Source: Eledone cirrhosa
Lineage: Eukaryota
NCBI GenBank assembly: GCA_964016885.1
Contig: OZ024741.1
Location: 154,070,001-154,134,000 of the forward strand
DNA length: 64,000 nt
Direction: 5' to 3'
Part shown: piece by piece, positions 23,060 through 36,300 of the stretch
Position numbering within the stretch: the first letter of the stretch is position 1
How the letters are laid out: every line of letters starts with the position of its first letter
Translations under genes and position numbers: made by a program
The notes under the pieces: generated by a model
The model's database searches: none
The model's input: only the letters and a program-made list of their open reading frames with translations
What the model was told of the DNA's origin: nothing

Positions 23060-23464
23060 TGTGTGTGTGTGTATGTCTGTGTATAACCATTGTTGAAACT
23101 GCTTGCTTCACAAGAGATATTTCAATATTCCAGTCAGTGCATACATTAGCATACATTAGTGTACATTAGCATACATTAATTAGCATACACTTAGAAGGAA
23201 TGTTTGTAGGAATGTAGAACTGGTAGGGTGAGAATCTTCCAGACGGTAACTTAACTCCAAAAAGGTGTAGACACCAAGACAAAGAGAACAAATAATTAGA
23301 ATATGAATTCTAACAACACACACACATACATACACACATACACGCACATATACAAGCACATACATACCCATACACACACACACATACACTTGTGCACACT
23401 CACATACATAGGCATCAAGATAAAAATGTCCAAGTGAATATGGTTTGACATTATTTTATGTAAA

Positions 23465-23680
23465 GGGCGGTGGATTGGCAGTATCGATAGAGTGTCAGAC
23501 AACATGCTTCATGGCATAGAGTTACAGCCCTTTACGTTCTGAGTTAAAATCCCACTGAGGTTACCTTTGCTTTTCATCCTTATGTAGTCGATAAATAAAG
23601 CACCAGTAATGCACTGGGGTTGATTTAATCGATTTTCCCTGCCTCCCAAATTGATGGCCCTGTGCCTAAAGTACAAACAA
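23465..23680 (+). mobile_element. tRNA-derived SINE, family 1
   Basis: A-box-like GATTGGCAGTATCGATAG, B-box-like GAGTTAAAATCCC, central TTTCATCCTTA..GGTCGATAAA..TACCAG. Other copies at ~15165-15420(-), 18585-18740(-), 24110-24290(-), 24868-25050(+), 27148-27328(-), 57910-58220(-), 59380-59770(-). Confidence 0.85.
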
Positions 23681-24773
23681 TTATTTTATGTCAAACTTTA
23701 TCTGTGAATTCATGCATTTACAGCAAGGACCCGTTAAAAATGTTGCAATGAAGAAAATGAAACAAAACTTTAGAAAAATACATTAGTTGATAACACTGCT
23801 ATCTCATATAGAATTCCGCAAAGTTAAATATAAGCGTGAATTTAATCCTAAAGATAATGACATTTAAGTAATTTTCTCTAGGCTTCATTCATATGCAATA
23901 AAAATAACCTATAGAGCAGGATTTGTCACACCAACCCTGTTTTGAGCATTTTCTCTTACCTGTCTCAGAGGCCATGAAAAGAATATATAATGAGCCATGG
24001 GCAGAGTATTTCCATTCCTGACTAAGTAGTAAAAATAAAGAATGAGATAGTCTTCTGTTTTAGGGTTGGCCTTCTCGAAAACTTCACCTTCATGTAACTA
24101 TATATCTGTTTCTACTTTAGGCACAAGGCCAGCAATTACCCAGTTCATTACTGGTACTTTATTTTATCGACCCGGTAAGGATGAAAGGCAAAGTCAACCT
24201 CGGCGGGATTTGAACTCAGATCGTAAAGGGACGTAACTATGCTGGAAAGCATGGCATCCGACCCTCTACCGATACTGCCAATCCACCATATCGAAGACAA
24301 ATGAGATTAACAATGTACAATCCTCCTCTAGTTTGACAAGCAAACATCTTCATCATCGGAACTGATGGTAGTCCATTTAGTTGATGGAATTGTTTATAGG
24401 TTGGTGTGTCATTCTTCAGTGTTTATCCAGTTCAGAATAGTTATATACCTGTGTAGAATACCTGTATAGAATATACCTGTGTGTTATATGAGACAACTGA
24501 ATAGTTAGTGCCAAGATAAACATCAGGTTGTAAAACATTATCTTGAAAAAGGTCCCATCTCAAGGGGTCCACAAAGCTACCTCCTGATTTAGTAGGGAAA
24601 ATGCCCATAACCATTTTGATACCAACCTAGCCAAAGCCACCTATATTAAAGGGTTCCTATTTAAATTAAAACCAACCAACATCATTTTATATAAAAAAAC
24701 TTATGTTAAGTTACTATTTTAGTAATGAAAATGATTAATAATTTTAGTGAATCTCTAAAAATGTTTCAGTAAC

Positions 24774-25146
24774 CAGACCTGTCAACTCTCCCCGTCGGAC
24801 AGGGAGATCTCCCACCTAATTCGGGGTGGGTGAGAGATGTTTTCTCTTGTGAAAATGGGTATAGCTTGAATTGGCAGTATCGGTAGAGGGTCGGACGCCA
24901 TGCTTTGATGCATAGAGTTACGGCCCTTGCCATTAGGAGTTCAAATCCCGCCGAAGTTAACTTTGCCTTTCATCCTTACGGGGTCAATAAAATAAAGTAC
25001 CAGTAATGCACTGAGTAATTGCTGGCCTTGTGCCAAAAGTAGAAACAATTATGTAAAATTTCCCCATTCTGGCTCATTTCTCCCTGTTTTGGGGCACTTT
25101 TTTTCATGGTATTCCCAGTTTGGGTTTTTAGGGGTTGGCAAGTCTG
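24774..25146. mobile_element. MITE with CAGAC(C/T)TG(T/C)CAAC terminal inverted repeats, interrupted by a SINE
   Basis: TIR CAGACCTGTCAAC / GTTGGCAAGTCTG; flanks cagtaac / cattaac resemble a target-site duplication. Confidence 0.5.
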
Positions 25147-26000
25147 CATTAACTGAAATAAATTTAATTAGAAATAATGTCCTGAAAGGTTTAAAATGCT
25201 TGGTGGTTATTGTTGTATTGGTTCGCCATATTTTCACAATTATTATAATTAATTGTTAATTGTTAACAGATTTACATTATTAATGGGGTGATGAAAGAAG
25301 ATATAAAAGTTACTGTTGGTAAATCAGTTTTTTTTCTCTTCAGAACTGGATGGAAAATATATTTTTGGTGATTGAGGAAATGATAAGGTACAACTGATAA
25401 CTGGAAATGCTGGAATATTTTTATGGTCAAATGAGTAGAAACAACAGGAATAACAGACATCAATGTTGATGATGTCATACCTGTTATGGTATGGTGGTGG
25501 TGGTGGTGGTGGTGGTGGTGGTGGTGGTGATAGTGGTGGTGATAGTTGTGGTGGTGGTGGTGGTGAGAATGATGATGATGATAGTGATGGTGTTGTTTTT
25601 GGTGGTGGTGGTGGTGGGAATGATTAGACTTAGTAGAAACATTTATTTATATGAACTCAGTTAGAAGAAGAAGAAGAAGAAGAAGAAGAAGAAGAAGAAG
25701 AAGAAGAAGAAGAAGAAGAAGAAGAAGACAGTTAAAGGTGAAAAGACGCAAGAATGCTGTATTTTTTTCCTCCTCTATTTGAGTTAATGTTTTAATCAAT
25801 GACCAACAGTTTCAGTTGTGTGTTATAAAACTACGCAGATTTATTTAGCAGAGCTTGGAAATTGTTTAAACTTTGTTCCATGTTAGTTTACTGCGTTTAT
25901 AAAAGTGCAGTTCTGAGGAAAGTATTGATGAACCAATACTAATACAAAACAAAAATACTAATACAGAAAAATACTAACATTAAAAAATATCACTCACACT

Positions 26001-26136
<136 letters not shown>

Positions 26137-26232
26137 AATAAATACACAAAATCTACAATTAAAACTGCATTACAGTTGTTGTCCAGATTATTTCAACTGT
26201 TGATGTTCAATTGCTTTTGTTTTTCTGGATAG

Positions 26233-26272
26233 CAACATATTGGATTCACCATGTTTCAAGAGGAAGATATAG
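26233..26272 (+). CDS. Putative upstream exon of the Sushi-TM gene
   Basis: Strong donor AG|GTAAGA at 26272/3. Frame (QHIGFT)MFQEEDI ends in phase 1 and joins the Sushi exon. An alternative frame gives a signal-peptide-like VQLLLFFWIATYWIHHVSRG but ends in phase 2. 5' boundary uncertain. Confidence 0.45.
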
Positions 26273-27054
26273 GTAAGATGTATTTTATATATAAAACTAG
26301 TAGACCAGTGTTGTCAATAATAACAACATTTTTTTAAGTCCAGGATTGGTATGTCATATATACCAGGATTACAGGATGAACAAATTATCTGCATTGGTTG
26401 TTAACTGCCGGGACATTGCATTCTTCAAAACTTCCATGCTTCCCAAAATTCGCCAACATTACACCTGATCCATACACATGCACACATGTATCTGTGTGTA
26501 CATTATGACTCATACACTTTTCACTTTTCTGACATTTGTACATTACTCTATGTACTATACATGCGCCTTTGATGAGTTGTAGTGCACCTGAGCACTGTAC
26601 ACAATAATTTTCATTATTATCATTTATATGAAGTCATACAAACAAAATTTGCATTTTGATAAATTTATTGTTTTTCATTAAAAAAACCCTATAGTTTATG
26701 TTGATTACTGACGTGGAAGTGGTTAAAGACAAAAATGGTATTCTAATAATTTATTTCTATGATATATCATATATACTCGGATATAAACCAAGAAATACGT
26801 GACCAAAAAATCGATAGTAAAATGGGAGGGAGGACACTGTAAATGTGGTGGGCATTAGGAAGGGCATCTAGCTGTAGAAACCAAGCCAAAATCAGCCCTG
26901 GGTGAGCAAAACACAGTCCTCTGACTTGATCTCTTCCAATGGGTCAACCCATTCTACTCATGTTAGCGTGGAAAATTGATGTTAAAAGATGATGATGATG
27001 ATGTTGTTGATGTTTCTAACTCAATGTTGTATTGGTTATTCACAAACCTTTTAA

Positions 27055-27619
27055 CCCTTTAAATACCAACCTGGATCAAGTTCTATTAAAGTGTTCAAAT
27101 TTAAATTCAAATCTTGGACTGTAATGTCATTATTACATGGTAGATAATAATTGTTTCTACTTTTGGCACAAGGCCAGCAATTACCCAGTGCATTACTGGT
27201 ACTTTATTTTATCGATCCCGTAAGGATGAAAGGCAAAGTTAACCTCGGCGGGATTTGAACTCAGACCACAAAGGGCCAAAACTCTATGCGTCAAAGCATG
27301 GTGTCCGACCCTCTACCAATACTGCCAAATAATGTTAGATTTTAGTAGTTAAATATTTATTTTTTATTTTTAAGTTGAAAGTTAGTTACTTCACTAAACC
27401 TCTTATAGTTATTGATTATTTCAATAATTTGAACACACAGGCAGCAGTGCTGGATTTACTATTGTGCTTACGTGTGCACAAGACCCCGATGGCCAGGGGC
27501 ACCCATCTTCCTGCTAAAAAAAATGTTTACAATGAATTTAACTAGCACAGGACCTCATTTGTCCTAAATCCGGCACTGACAGGCAGCATATTCTTGTCAG
27601 AAATATAGTCACAAAAGGG
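27055..27619. mobile_element. piggyBac-like MITE (TTAA-CCCTTT...AAAGGG-TTAA) with nested SINE
   Basis: TTAA at 27051-54 and 27620-23 flank short CCCTTT/AAAGGG termini. Confidence 0.45.
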
Positions 27620-27840
27620 TTAACATGGTGGTGGTGGTGCTGGTAATGGGGGAGATCCACAATAGTATCTAAGGCAATGAATTAAAGGTACTTTGGTATT
27701 TGTTCCCAATCACTGCTGAGGTCAACTTAGCCGTTCACTTTTTCGAGGTTGATAAATAAAGTACCAGTCAAGTACTGGGGACTAATTCTTTATTTATCTC
27801 TCTCTCTCTCTCACTCTCTCTCTCACTCCCTATCTCCCCC

Positions 27841-27873
<33 letters not shown>

Positions 27874-28148
27874 CATATATATATCTATCTCTATATCAGC
27901 CTGTAGGTTGAGGAAAAAGAGGAGGAGAGGAAAGGAGTACAAACTCTTCGTACTCCTGGAGATGAGGGTTGCACATTTTTTTTTCGGGGGTATGTGTTAC
28001 CCATATGTAATGTCTCCCCCTATTGGAGAAAAATCGATTAATTTTTAAATTGCATTTGTGATAATATTTTACACGTTTTTATTGTATGTAAACTTCCCCC
28101 TTTGTATTTGTCCCCTTCTTTTGTGCCCCTGTGGCTAATAAAGAAACA

Positions 28149-28193
<45 letters not shown>

Positions 28194-28359
28194 GGAAGAA
28201 ATAAACTGTGTTTCAATCAGGCACAGGATGTACTCTGTCAGTGTTAAAATACTCAAGACATGCCATGTGTTAAGATAGCTTCCAAACAACTCCAGGAGTT
28301 AAGGCCCTTTATCTACATTTACCTTCAGAATCTGACAAATTTTAACTAAAACAGTTATA

Positions 28360-30890
28360 ATAATAATAATGAAATTATTATGTACAGTGCTCAGGTGCAC
28401 TACAACTCATCAAAAGTGCATGTATAGTACATAGAACCATATACAAATGTCAGGGAAGTGAATAGTGTATGAGTCATAATATACATGTGTGCGTGTGTAT
28501 GGAGGGGGAATATTAGGTGTAGTGTTGGCGAATCTCAGGAAGCATGGAGGTTTTAAAGTATGCAGTGTCTCGACAGCTAACAACTGAGGCAGGTAGTTTG
28601 TTCCATGCTTCAGCAACTCTGGGTGTGAAAAAATGTTTCCGAAAGTCATGGGAACTGTGCTGTTTTCTGACTTTGTGGGCATGCCCACGTGTGTTAGACA
28701 CATGGAAATCAAAAAGGTATTCAGGGTTGTTGTTGACAAGATGGCTAATAATTTTGTGGGTGTTTACCAAGTCAGTTGCCAGATGTCGGAGCTTCAATGT
28801 ATCCATGCCCAGGGAAGCAAGGCATTCAGAGTATGGTAGATGCCTGATGGATGGTATTCGCTTGGTTGCACGTCTCTGAACAGTTTCCAGGGAGTCAATG
28901 TTCTGAGCAAGATAGAGGTTCCAGACTGGTGATGCAAATTCTAAGTGTGGCTGCACCATAGCTATATACAGCTTTAAATAGATAGCTGGAGACCAGCTTA
29001 CAAAGGTCTTGCTGAGTGATGCTAAGACACCCTCGGCCTTCTTGAAAATTTTAGAGATGAGCTTTGTCAAACGCAAATCGCTGCTGACCGTAATGCCCAG
29101 GTCACGTTCACAAGAAGACTTGCATTGCTGCATTGTGTCCAGGTCAGACTGCAAGCAAGATCTATAGTGTTCAGGATCTCTCCTTTTTATCTCAAGGTAC
29201 AGCTTGATGTCATCTGTATATTTCAGTACTGTGGCATTCTTTAAGTTGGCATCTATGTCATTAATATATGTCACAAACAAAAGGGAGCCAAGAATAGATC
29301 CCTGTGGTACACCAGATGACATCTCATATGGTGAGGAATGCTGTCCTAGAACCATAACTACCTCTCTTTGACTGAGAATGAAGGACTTCAACCAATTAAA
29401 AAGATCATCCTTCACACCCATTGCAGAGAGTTTTGCCATAAGTCTTGTGTGGCACAGAATTGAAAGCTTTCGCAAAGTCAAGGTCAATAACATCCACCCA
29501 TGAGCCACCATCAGTGATCCGGGTGATGTCTTCAAGAAACTCAATAAGTTGATCACAGCAGCTGGAGTTAGGGATAAATCCAAATTGTGAGGGCCGGATA
29601 AGTCTGTGAGAGTTCCAGAAGTTCCAAAGCGTTTCTCTGACACAGGATTCCATCAGTTTGGCAATGCAGCTAGGAAGACTGACTGGGCGATAGTTCACAG
29701 GTGATGTGTGGTCACCCTTTTTGAACAGAGGAATGACACTGGCAGTTTTCCACTGTTCTGGAGTAGCACAGTTGAGACAGAATTGGAAGAAGCGTGATAG
29801 CTGGTGCAGAAGGAAGTACCCACCACATTTGAAAAGCAGGTACGTAACACTATCAAGACCAGGAGAGGCATGGTTGCATTTATTTTTAAGGTGACGTCGC
29901 AGCATTGCAAGTGTAAATTCCATAGTTGTAATAGAATCCGTTGTCAGAGGTGGTGGAGACAGTATACTCTGGTCTTCAATAGTGAAAATGCCTGCATAGC
30001 ATTCAGCAATGAGTTCTGCGCATTCCTAGGGGTCATCAGTAACCTGGCTTGTGTGGGGATTGCGAAGAGGACCAACTGGAGAGTGAGGCCTCTGCTTTGA
30101 GTGAACATACTTCCAGAACATCTTACTGTCTGGATTGGTTGCTATGCGTTGCTCAAATTGAAGCACTGCCTTTTTTGTCACCTGTTTGAGATGGTTGGAT
30201 GATTTATTTCGCTTTTTCATATTGATATCTGATTTATGCAGTTTGTACTCACGTTCAGCATTACGATGTTCTTTTCTGGCAAGACGGACTGCTGCAGTCT
30301 CCCAAATTGCACTTTTGGGATATTTTTTCTGCTTATGTGGCACCGATGCTGCACATGCTGTCCATATTGAGTTCAGGATGTCCTGGAGTACAGTGTTGAC
30401 ATCTCCAGAGTCGTAGAACTCAAGCCAGTTTGGACATTGCAACTCGGTGCAATAACAGTTCCAGTCTGCTTTATTCCAGTCAAAGTGAGCAGTTTGGAGA
30501 TGGTTGTGGTTTTTGTTACTGCCCATGAGGGATAGAATGGCAATGATCATAGCATGATCAGAGTCACCTAAAGGTTCCTCAGTAGTAACACTAATAACCA
30601 TTTCAGGAGTAGTGGTGAAGAGTAGATCCAAAGTGTTATCACCTCTTGTTGGGGAGGTGACTACTTGGAACCAGTTCAAGTCCAGCACTAGCTCAAGGAA
30701 GTCATTTGCACTTTGCGGCCAACGAAAGGTTTCCCAGTCAATCTCAGGGTGATTGCAGTCCCCTGCAATAAAAACATAAGTGGCTGTTTTCCTGGCAGCA
30801 ACTCTGAGGATATCACAAAGTTGAGTGTCCTGAAGGTAATTTGGGGGACGGTAAACAACTCCAAGTAGCAGTGTTGACATGGTCATACGT
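28360..30890 (-). mobile_element. 5'-truncated, frameshifted CR1/L2-like LINE (APE endonuclease + RT)
   Basis: VVYRPPN, IAGDCNHPEIDW, DNTLDLLFT, LGDSDH (APE); PLFKKGD..NYRPVSL, DFAKAFNSVPH, SGVPQGSILG, KYTDDIKLY (RT); split across 3 ORFs; (TAA)n tail. Confidence 0.92.
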
Positions 30891-31079
30891 ATATTGCAGA
30901 AAAATACTTATCTGCTGTACCATGTGACATTATTACTCTTTCATATCTATGTTCTTTTCTTCATACAACAACCAATCCATACTAACTTAGTATGGCCTGA
31001 TAACTCTGTCCTTAATATAATTCTTTCCTTCTTTGACCCCTAAATTTATATTGCTTTTTTTTTGTTTTTTACCTCAAAG

Positions 31080-31283
31080 ATGGCTGCCTCCCACTGAATA
31101 ATCTAACAGAAAACCCCCAAATAATAACTGAAGAGAATGCTCACATATTGCGACTGAGTAATTATAACAATCATGTTGGTACCAAGGTAAATGTTAGCTG
31201 TCCATTGCCATACATTTTAGAAGGAGAGAAAACACTTACATGTTTATCAAGTAAATTATGGTCAACCAATGCTACTTGTTTAC
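31080..31283 (+). CDS. Sushi/CCP domain exon of a type-I membrane protein
   Basis: Polypyrimidine tract + AG (31078-79), donor GTAAGT (31284), phase 1-1. DGCLPL...VGTKVNVSCPLPYILEGEKTLTCLSSKLWSTNATC has the four Cys and the Trp of a CCP module. Confidence 0.88.
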
Positions 31284-31293
31284 GTAAGTATTA

Positions 31294-31519
31294 TTTCAAA
31301 TGCAGTCATCCCAATTCAAATGACTATAATAACAGTTGATCGCTATAAATAGTAATTGAAAAAATCAGGAAAAGTACTGCTGGAGATGGAAAAGTGGACA
31401 ACGGTGACTCAGTCCACTTTTTCTGTCTCCTCGAGAACTTGTGCCAATTTCTCAACTATTATTTATAGTGATCAACTATTATTATTGTCATTTGCAAAGG
31501 GATGACTACATTTCAAATT
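31294..31519. repeat. Imperfect ~225-bp fold-back just downstream of the Sushi exon donor
   Basis: AAATGCAGTCATCCC..AGTTGATCGCTATAAATA..AAAAGTGGAC versus GTCCACTTTT..TATTTATAGTGATCAACT..GGGATGACTACATTT. Confidence 0.8.
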
Positions 31520-32794
31520 TTAAGTATTATTATTTGCTTTGAAGCATGGAGTTATGGCCCTTATAAAATAAAGTACCAGTAATACACTGGTTAATTGCTA
31601 GCCTTGTGCCAAAAGTAGAAACAATTATTATTTTATTGTTGGTGATTTCCTTTTAAAATTTGATATTTTTTTTCATGATTCTGAAAATTGTGCCATTTCA
31701 ATTTTACTACCCATTATCCCATTTCCATGTAGAATTCACTGTTTCTTTTGGTCTCTTGTTCATTTTTTAGTTTTGTTTTTGCTGTGTGTATTTGGAAAAT
31801 CTTTAAAAAAAAAAAAAAACAATAAAACCGTACAAAACTGCCTGGAGCTCTGCATGCCAGAGAACATTCTCCAGACATATATCATTGAGGTAGAAATGGT
31901 AGAGATTACTGATATTTATGCTTACACTCACACATATACACACACTCACACATACACATACACTCACACACACACTCACACATACACACACACTCACACA
32001 TACACATACACTCACACATACACTCACACATACACATACACATATACACACACTGTATAATTGAATATGATAAAACAACAAACATAATTAAATGCTGATA
32101 TCTGAGATGTGTTCGTTTCTCTAGAGAGAACAGGTGAGGCAGGTAGAATATCATGAGAAAATATGAGATTGGCGGAAAATCATGAGAAATTATTTATGAA
32201 TATTCTAAATAGAAAAACAATAACAACAATAACAACAAATGTGACAAAAAAAAAGAATACAAAATTTTGGTGATGGTATGATGCCCACCCCCACCAAAAA
32301 CGAAAAAAAAAAAGAAAATGATTAACCACACTCACACACACTTCTTCTTAGCCACCTGACATTACTGAAAACATCCTTCTTGATGCAGTAATTCAGGTGC
32401 ACATGTGCTCTGACTTAGATTTCATATGTCCTTGTATATGGATCACACACACACATGGTGGTTGTGGTGGTTGATGGCATTTGCAGGTTTTAGCAGTATA
32501 GACCAGTTTTCAATGTGCTTCTATGAGTAAGGTCCAGCCATTCGGAACTTTTGCTTGTTCTTCTCAGTAGGAATGAGATATGGAGTATGGGTCTCTACTG
32601 ATAACTGTATCCCTTCTTTCGGACAAATTGTTGTTGAGTTATCCCAACACATACAGGTGCATATATATATATATGAATGTATGTATAGTATATTTGGCAA
32701 TATACCGTATGTTTAATTAAAAACATTTTGAAGACCTTCTGCTATCATTTTAAAGTAGTGACTAAGTCACTTACTTCTTTTCGTCAAAAGAAGA

Positions 32795-32850
32795 CAGAGA
32801 AGCTAACAGTCTGTTTCATGCTGTTTAGCAATCATCAGAGCTACGTACTG
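32795..32850 (-). ncRNA. Type-I hammerhead ribozyme (downstream copy)
   Basis: Minus strand: CAG-tacgt-AGCT CTGATGA tTGC-taaaca-GCAt GAAA CAGACTG TT^ AGCT-tct-CTG. Confidence 0.75.
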
Positions 32851-33107
32851 CCCTCTTCCGGCGAAAATTATAGGGGCTGGATTCTTATAGAATTCCAGTA
32901 CTAATCAGGAGCTGATTATACAGAGCGATTGCCGGTCCAGCAAAAATTAAGTATTAGGATTGGTGCTCTGAAATAGCGATGTATACATGAATGTATGTAT
33001 AGTATATTTGGCAATATACGGTGTTTAATTAAAAACATTTTGAAGACCTTACGCTATCATTTTAAAAGTAGTGACTTTGTCACTTACTTCTTTTCGGCGA
33101 AAGAAGT

Positions 33108-33162
33108 CAGAGAAGCTAACAGTCTGTTTCATGCTGTTGGCAATCATCAGAGCTACATACTG
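33108..33162 (-). ncRNA. Type-I hammerhead ribozyme (upstream copy)
   Basis: Minus strand: CAG-tatgt-AGCT CTGATGA tTGC-caaca-GCAt GAAA CAGACTG TT^ AGCT-tct-CTG. Confidence 0.75.
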
Positions 33163-33368
33163 CCCTCTGCCTTCTTTTGCCGAAAAGAAATAAGTGACAT
33201 AGTCACTACTTTAAAAATGATAGCGTAAGGTCTTCAAAATGTTTTTAATTAAACATACGGTATATTGTCAAATATACTATACATACATTCATGTATACAT
33301 CGCTATTTCAGAGCACCAATTCTATTTTATATATATATATATATATAGAAAGATATATATATATATAT

Positions 33369-36300
33369 CCAGTGGCAAGGCTCCAGTTCGGGAGTTCAGG
33401 AGATGTGGGGAATGTGGAGTTACCCCTTAGTTGTCATAACTCCCAGGTCTGCCCTGGCCCAGGGTGGTAGTACCTGTTAGGGCTCCATTTATGGGTTAAA
33501 TAACTACCTCATTCGAGTGGCGCCGGTAAGGTATTGTCAGCCATTGAAAAGAAATATGGAGAGTCGATCTAACAGCACTCGGGTTAGAGCCCCTAATTAC
33601 ACTGTCAAGGAGCAGCCTGGTCGTTATGACTCTGCTGGCTTAGAGCCACAGAGAGGGCCAGTGGATGATGGATCAGCTGTCTCTGAGACAAATATAAAGA
33701 ATGCAGTTTTGTCCTGCAGAAGAGCCATCAAAATGGGCACTTTGAATGTGAGGACTATTTGGACGCTGGAGAAGAGAGAGGAGTTGGGACATCTGTTCGA
33801 GGAGAGTGGTATACAGATACTTGCGATCCAAGAACACAGGATCCTACACGATGAGCCCGTGAGGAGTGTGATGATTGGGAAGAAGAGCCAGCTCATCACT
33901 ACATCGGCAGTGAAGAACACAACAAATGCTGCAGTAGGAGGAGTGGGTTTTGTGTTCAGTACAAAAACCAATCTGTTGGTGAGGGAAATAATGCCTATCT
34001 CCCCGCGAGAGTTGAGGGTGACCTTCAATGGAAACCCAAGACTGACAGTCATCTCAGCCTATAGTCCAACCGAGGGGGACAGTGATGTGAGTGCGGAAGA
34101 GTTCCATGAGGAGGTGTATAGAGCTGTCAACACTACTCAGGCACATAATATCCTGCTTGTTTTGGGGGACTTCAATGCACATCTGAGTAAGGAGGGCAGT
34201 GAAGATCCTTGCTGGTACTTCCATAACAACACCAACCGAAATGGAAGACTACTGAGAGACACCCTGCTGGAGGCGAACTTGATGGCGACCAACCTAGGGT
34301 TTAGGAAGAATCTGGGGAAGATGTGGACCTACATCTCAGATATGCACCTGTCCAAGTCCCAGATTGATTTCATTCTGGTGAGGAAAAAGTGGCGGAATAG
34401 TGTTCTGAACACGGAACCATACAGCTATTTCAGTACACTGGGTAGTGACCACCGGCTTGTTATGAGTGAGGTCCGCGTGAGCTTAAGAAAGAGCAAGGCT
34501 CAGCCCCGGAGAACAATCTATGACTGGGGAGCTTTCAAGGAAGATGATAGGCTACAGGAGAGGTTCACAGTGGAAGTGAGAAACAGGTTTAGTGCTCTGT
34601 GTGGAGAGTCAGAGGAGAGAGAGATTGGATGGACCGAGGAGAGTGTGACGAGGAGGTGCGGGCACTTCACCAATGCAGTGGCGGAAGCAAGTGAAACCCT
34701 GGTGCTGAGGAAAAAGAACAAAGGGAAGCACGTCAGCTCTGCAAACCCAAAAGTGTGTGCAGCCAGAGAACACCTGAAAGCTGCCAGGGATCAATTCTAT
34801 GCTGATCCTATGGAGGAGAGGATGGAGACTGTGGAGGTGATGAGGGAAGAGCTCTGTACCGCTTACACTGAGGTCAGAGAGGAGGCACTGATAGAGAAGA
34901 TCAGAAGTGTGGAGAGAGCGGTTGACAGATCTGGATGTAAGGAGAGCTGGATGATCATCAACGAGATCACAGGGAGGAAGAGAAGGTGTTCGAGTCAGAT
35001 CCAGGGAACGGGGCCCGAGGATAGGAAGAGGAAATGGCTAGACCATTTTAGGACCCTACTAGGAGAGCCACCCTCCACAGCCCAGAGCACTGGGGAGATC
35101 AGGCGGCTGTTTGAGGAACTGGATGTTGAGACAGAGCCCTTCACCAGAGAGGAGCTTCAGAGAGCCAAGAAGAGGATCAAGGAGGGCAAGGCTCATGGAG
35201 AAGATGGAGTGGCATTAGAGGTGATGAAGAGGTGTGATTTTGATGATATCATCCTGGGGTTCTGTAACGGGGCACTGGAGAAAGGAGTTGCCCCGAATCA
35301 GTGGAGGATCAGTAACATCGTCCCAGTGCCAAAGAAGGGAGATCTCTCTAACACCAACAACTACCGGGGGATCTCACTGACGTCACTTGTGGCAAAGACC
35401 CTCAACAGGATGATTCTTAACAGGATCCAGCCTGAGATGGAGAAGAAGCTCAGGGACAACCAGAACGGCTTCAGAGAGGGTAGATCAACCACCAGTCACA
35501 TCCTGATGCTGAGGAGGATATTAGAGGGAGCTAGAGCAAAGTGCCTTCCTGCGGTCATGGTTTTCATTGACTTTAGGAAGGCCTTTGATTCTGTGGACCG
35601 TTACTGCCTGATGAAGATCTTACAGGCTTATGGAATCCCCAAGAAGATAGTGGACCTGATATCACTGCTCTACACCAACACCAAAGCCCAAGTCATTACA
35701 CCTGATGGGATGACAGAGTTCTTTGAGATACTGGCTGGAGTGCTCCAGGGAGATACATTGGCTCCCTACCTTTTTATCATCGTAGTGGACTATTGTATGC
35801 GCCTTGCACTGGAGAAACACCAGGACTCTGGCTTTACTGTAGCACCGGCTCAGAGCAGGAGAGTTAGGGCGAAAAAGGTATCGGATGCTGAATTTGCCGA
35901 CGACATAGTTTTGGTGACAAATACAGTGAAGGAGGCAGAGGATTTGATGCGGGAGGTTGAGACTGTGTCGATGAGTGTGGGGCTGAGAATGAATGAGACT
36001 AAAACAAAATATCTGGTAGAGAATGTTGAGAAGCCAGAGGGGATCACTAATGTAGGCGGCAAGCCACTGGAATTGGTTGAGGACTTCTTGTATTTGGGAG
36101 CAAAGATTGGGAATACAGAAGATGATGTAGTTGAGAGGAAGAGCAAGGCCTGGGCGGCGTGCCACAGCTTGAGACCGGTGTGGAAGTCGGACCTTCGTAG
36201 AGACCTGAAAATCCGCCTCTTCATTGCTGTAGTGGAGTCTGTGTTGCTGTATGGGTCTGAGACTTGGACACTGACCAAGAAACTCACTCAGATGGTGGAT

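Larger units (their letters stand above)
32672..33322 (-). mobile_element. Non-LTR retrozyme-like element: tandem ~313-nt units with two hammerheads and a 5' inverted arm
   Basis: 32672-32860 is repeated at 32987-33170; 33171-33320 is the reverse complement of ~32960-33106; (TA)n on both sides; no credible ORF. Confidence 0.85.

Noticed and set aside
33624-36287. Antisense ORFs of 142-167 aa within the LINE
   Set aside because: Shadow frames of the RT ORF with no recognisable motifs.
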